A stretch of DNA of 64,000 bases from IMG/VR virus record IMGVR_UViG_3300045988_163359; one strand, 5' to 3'. The notes under the pieces were generated by a model, which saw only the letters and a list, made by a program, of their open reading frames with translations, had not been told where the DNA came from and ran no database searches. A program made the position numbers and the translations under genes. Positions 62,459 to 64,000 of this stretch are shown here, one piece after another (position 1 is the stretch's first letter; each line of letters begins with the position of its first letter). Source of the DNA: a virus.

Positions 62459-63154
62459 ATGTTCACACTAAAAGATTTTGATATAAAATTAGTCAATGGA
62501 GAAGAAGTAAAAAACTTTGTAAAAAGACATGGAGAATTTAGTAAAGTGTGTTATGATACTCCAAAAGAAAAAGCAGAAAAAGTAGGAGAACATTGCTTAG
62601 AAAGTGGACATCTAAGTGGAAGTAGACACTTATATATGGTATTTGAATTAAAAAATATACCACGTTCGACTGCAGACCAACTTGTAAGACATACACAAGG
62701 ATTTGTTACAAATGTGCAAAGCCTTAGATATTGCAATAAAGACGGAAAGGTAAGTTTATATGCATCAACTGAAATAGTGCAAAATTCTCATACAATAAAA
62801 GCAATAAAAGATATGGAAAATATAGCAAATGCAACTTATAACTATATTCAAACTTATCTTGAGGATGGAGGAATAAAGGGTGAAAAAGCAAATGAAATAG
62901 CAAGAACAGTTTTACCTATAGGAATAGCAACTAGTTGTAATATAGCAGTAAACTTAGAATGTCTTATACATCTAGCAAACGTAAGATTATGCACAAGGGC
63001 AGAGTTACCTATTAGAAATATAGTACAAAGAATGGTAAATCAAGTAGTAGAGGTAGAACCTAGATATAAACCTTATCTAGTACCTCAATGTACAAAATTA
63101 GGATATTGTCCAGAAGGTAATAAAGAATGTATAAGATATAAAGGAGTAAAATAA
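62459..63154 (+). CDS. thyX: FAD-dependent thymidylate synthase ThyX
   Basis: ThyX signature [17 protein letters not shown] (RHRxxSxxxxSxRY-type). Confidence 0.8.
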   Translation: MFTLKDFDIKLVNGEEVKNFVKRHGEFSKVCYDTPKEKAEKVGEHCLESGHLSGSRHLYMVFELKNIPRSTADQLVRHTQGFVTNVQSLRYCNKDGKVSLYASTEIVQNSHTIKAIKDMENIANATYNYIQTYLEDGGIKGEKANEIARTVLPIGIATSCNIAVNLECLIHLANVRLCTRAELPIRNIVQRMVNQVVEVEPRYKPYLVPQCTKLGYCPEGNKECIRYKGVK

Positions 63155-63156
63155 TT

Positions 63157-63603
63157 ATGAGACCGACATGGGATGAGTATTTTATGGAAATTGCTGAAAT
63201 AGTAAAGAAACGTTCAACATGTATTAGAAGACAAGTAGGAGCAGTTATTGTAAAAGATAAACAAATTCTAGCGACTGGTTATAATGGAGCACCTAAAAAA
63301 TTAAAACATTGTGAAGAAATAGGATGCAAAAGAGAACAACTAAAAGTTCCTTCAGGACAAAGACATGAACTTTGTAGAGCTTTGCATGCTGAACAAAATG
63401 CTATAATTCAAGCAGCATATAATGGAGTTAACATAAATCATTCAACATTGTATGTAACTACAAAACCTTGTGTATTATGTGCAAAGATGTGTATAAATGC
63501 AGGAATAGAAAAAATAGTTTATTTAGGAGATTATCCTGATGAATTATCAAGTGAAATACTAGAAGAAGCAGAAATTGAATTAGTTAATTTTAAAGTTGAA
63601 TAA
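63157..63603 (+). CDS. dCMP deaminase (ComEB-like)
   Basis: HAEQNAI and PCVLCAKM zinc-binding motifs. [18 protein letters not shown] start. Confidence 0.85.
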   Translation: MRPTWDEYFMEIAEIVKKRSTCIRRQVGAVIVKDKQILATGYNGAPKKLKHCEEIGCKREQLKVPSGQRHELCRALHAEQNAIIQAAYNGVNINHSTLYVTTKPCVLCAKMCINAGIEKIVYLGDYPDELSSEILEEAEIELVNFKVE

Positions 63604-63611
63604 ATTTACAT

Positions 63612-63648
63612 AAACAGGCTGGTTACTAACATCTAGCCTGTTTTTTTA
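63612..63648 (+). terminator. rho-independent terminator
   Basis: AAACAGGCT-loop-AGCCTGTTT followed by T7. Confidence 0.7.
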
Positions 63649-63751
63649 TTTGTTAAAAAATAAAATAAAAAAGTTTTCAAATTCACTTGACTATTGGTAA
63701 CCAATAGTATATTATATAAGTATAATAAATAATAAGAAAGGGGTAAGAAAG

Positions 63752-64000
63752 ATGAAAAGAAATTTAATGAAAGAAGCTCATAAAATGACAAAGGAAATAA
63801 AAGAACAATATCCAGAAGTAGATTATCAAGCTCAATTAGGTTTATGCTTATCTTTCTTAGCTCAAGAAGGGGAACAAGAAATGAAAATAGAAGGAAAAAG
63901 TGAAAAACAAATAAGATACGCGTTAAATTGTAGAGAAAGCAGAATAGCACAATTTGAAAGAAAAATAGAAAGATTAGGCGCAAGTGAAGTGAAAACAACT
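63752..64000 (+). CDS. hypothetical protein, 5' part (runs off the window)
   Basis: GGGGTAAG RBS. TTGACT promoter-like box at 63687. Open to the window end. Confidence 0.45.
   Translation, partial: MKRNLMKEAHKMTKEIKEQYPEVDYQAQLGLCLSFLAQEGEQEMKIEGKSEKQIRYALNCRESRIAQFERKIERLGASEVKTT

Noticed and set aside
63633-63998. 121-aa minus-strand ORF at the window end
   Set aside because: The opposite strand has a promoter-like box, an RBS and a plausible charged protein (63752 onward). The minus ORF is Phe/Leu low-complexity.
1-64000. Canonical CRISPR-Cas operon, integrase/attP, terminase, rRNA or tRNA genes
   Set aside because: No ORF shows Cas1, Cas2, Cas9 or large Cas12 motifs, tyrosine or serine recombinase motifs, or terminase Walker/nuclease motifs. 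No rRNA- or tRNA-like sequence was recognised.

Overview
Strongly AT-rich, Clostridium-like DNA. It reads as a tailed-phage genome that also carries plasmid-maintenance genes (a phage-plasmid). Nearly all genes are on the + strand. 0.3-30.4 kb is a siphovirus-type morphogenesis module: SPP1-type portal, gp7-like head morphogenesis protein, scaffold, major capsid, connectors, major tail protein, chaperones, tape measure, Dit, a 1444-aa multi-enzyme Tal, a collagen-repeat fibre and BppU-like and other fibre/adhesin genes. The tape measure gene is split into three exons by two related group I introns; the second intron carries a Vsr-like homing endonuclease. 30.7-33.0 kb looks like an ISL3-family element (imperfect IRs, 8-bp duplication) with a tandem-DUF2829 (Tad2-like) gene as passenger. 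Next come a replication-relaxation/FtsK-like pair, a free-standing NrdD glycyl-radical-domain gene and the lysis cassette (XhlA-like, holin, amidase). The most unusual locus is 36.9-38.8 kb on the minus strand. It holds a 380-aa TnpB-type RuvC nuclease gene, then a segment complementary to a CRISPR repeat (tracr-like anti-repeat whose substitutions are G:U-compensated), a 4-repeat/3-spacer array and a terminator, with no other cas genes. 39.0-42.0 kb holds parMR with parC-like repeats, CopG-like RHH genes and a Rep with in-gene iterons. 42-45 kb holds small accessory cassettes punctuated by a perfectly conserved 18-bp repeat (4 copies). 45.1-47.0 kb is a TnpA-less IscB element with its upstream omega-RNA region and direct LE/RE hairpins. 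47.1-64 kb is the immunity/early region: CI/Cro-like switch, second initiator with iterons, DnaC-like loader, HNH, SSB, SMC-like ATPase, RecT, MBL-fold protein, ArpU-like and sigma-70-like regulators, two YopX genes, ThyX and dCMP deaminase. No rRNA, tRNA, integrase or terminase gene was recognised. All functional calls come from reading motifs by eye; no database search was possible.
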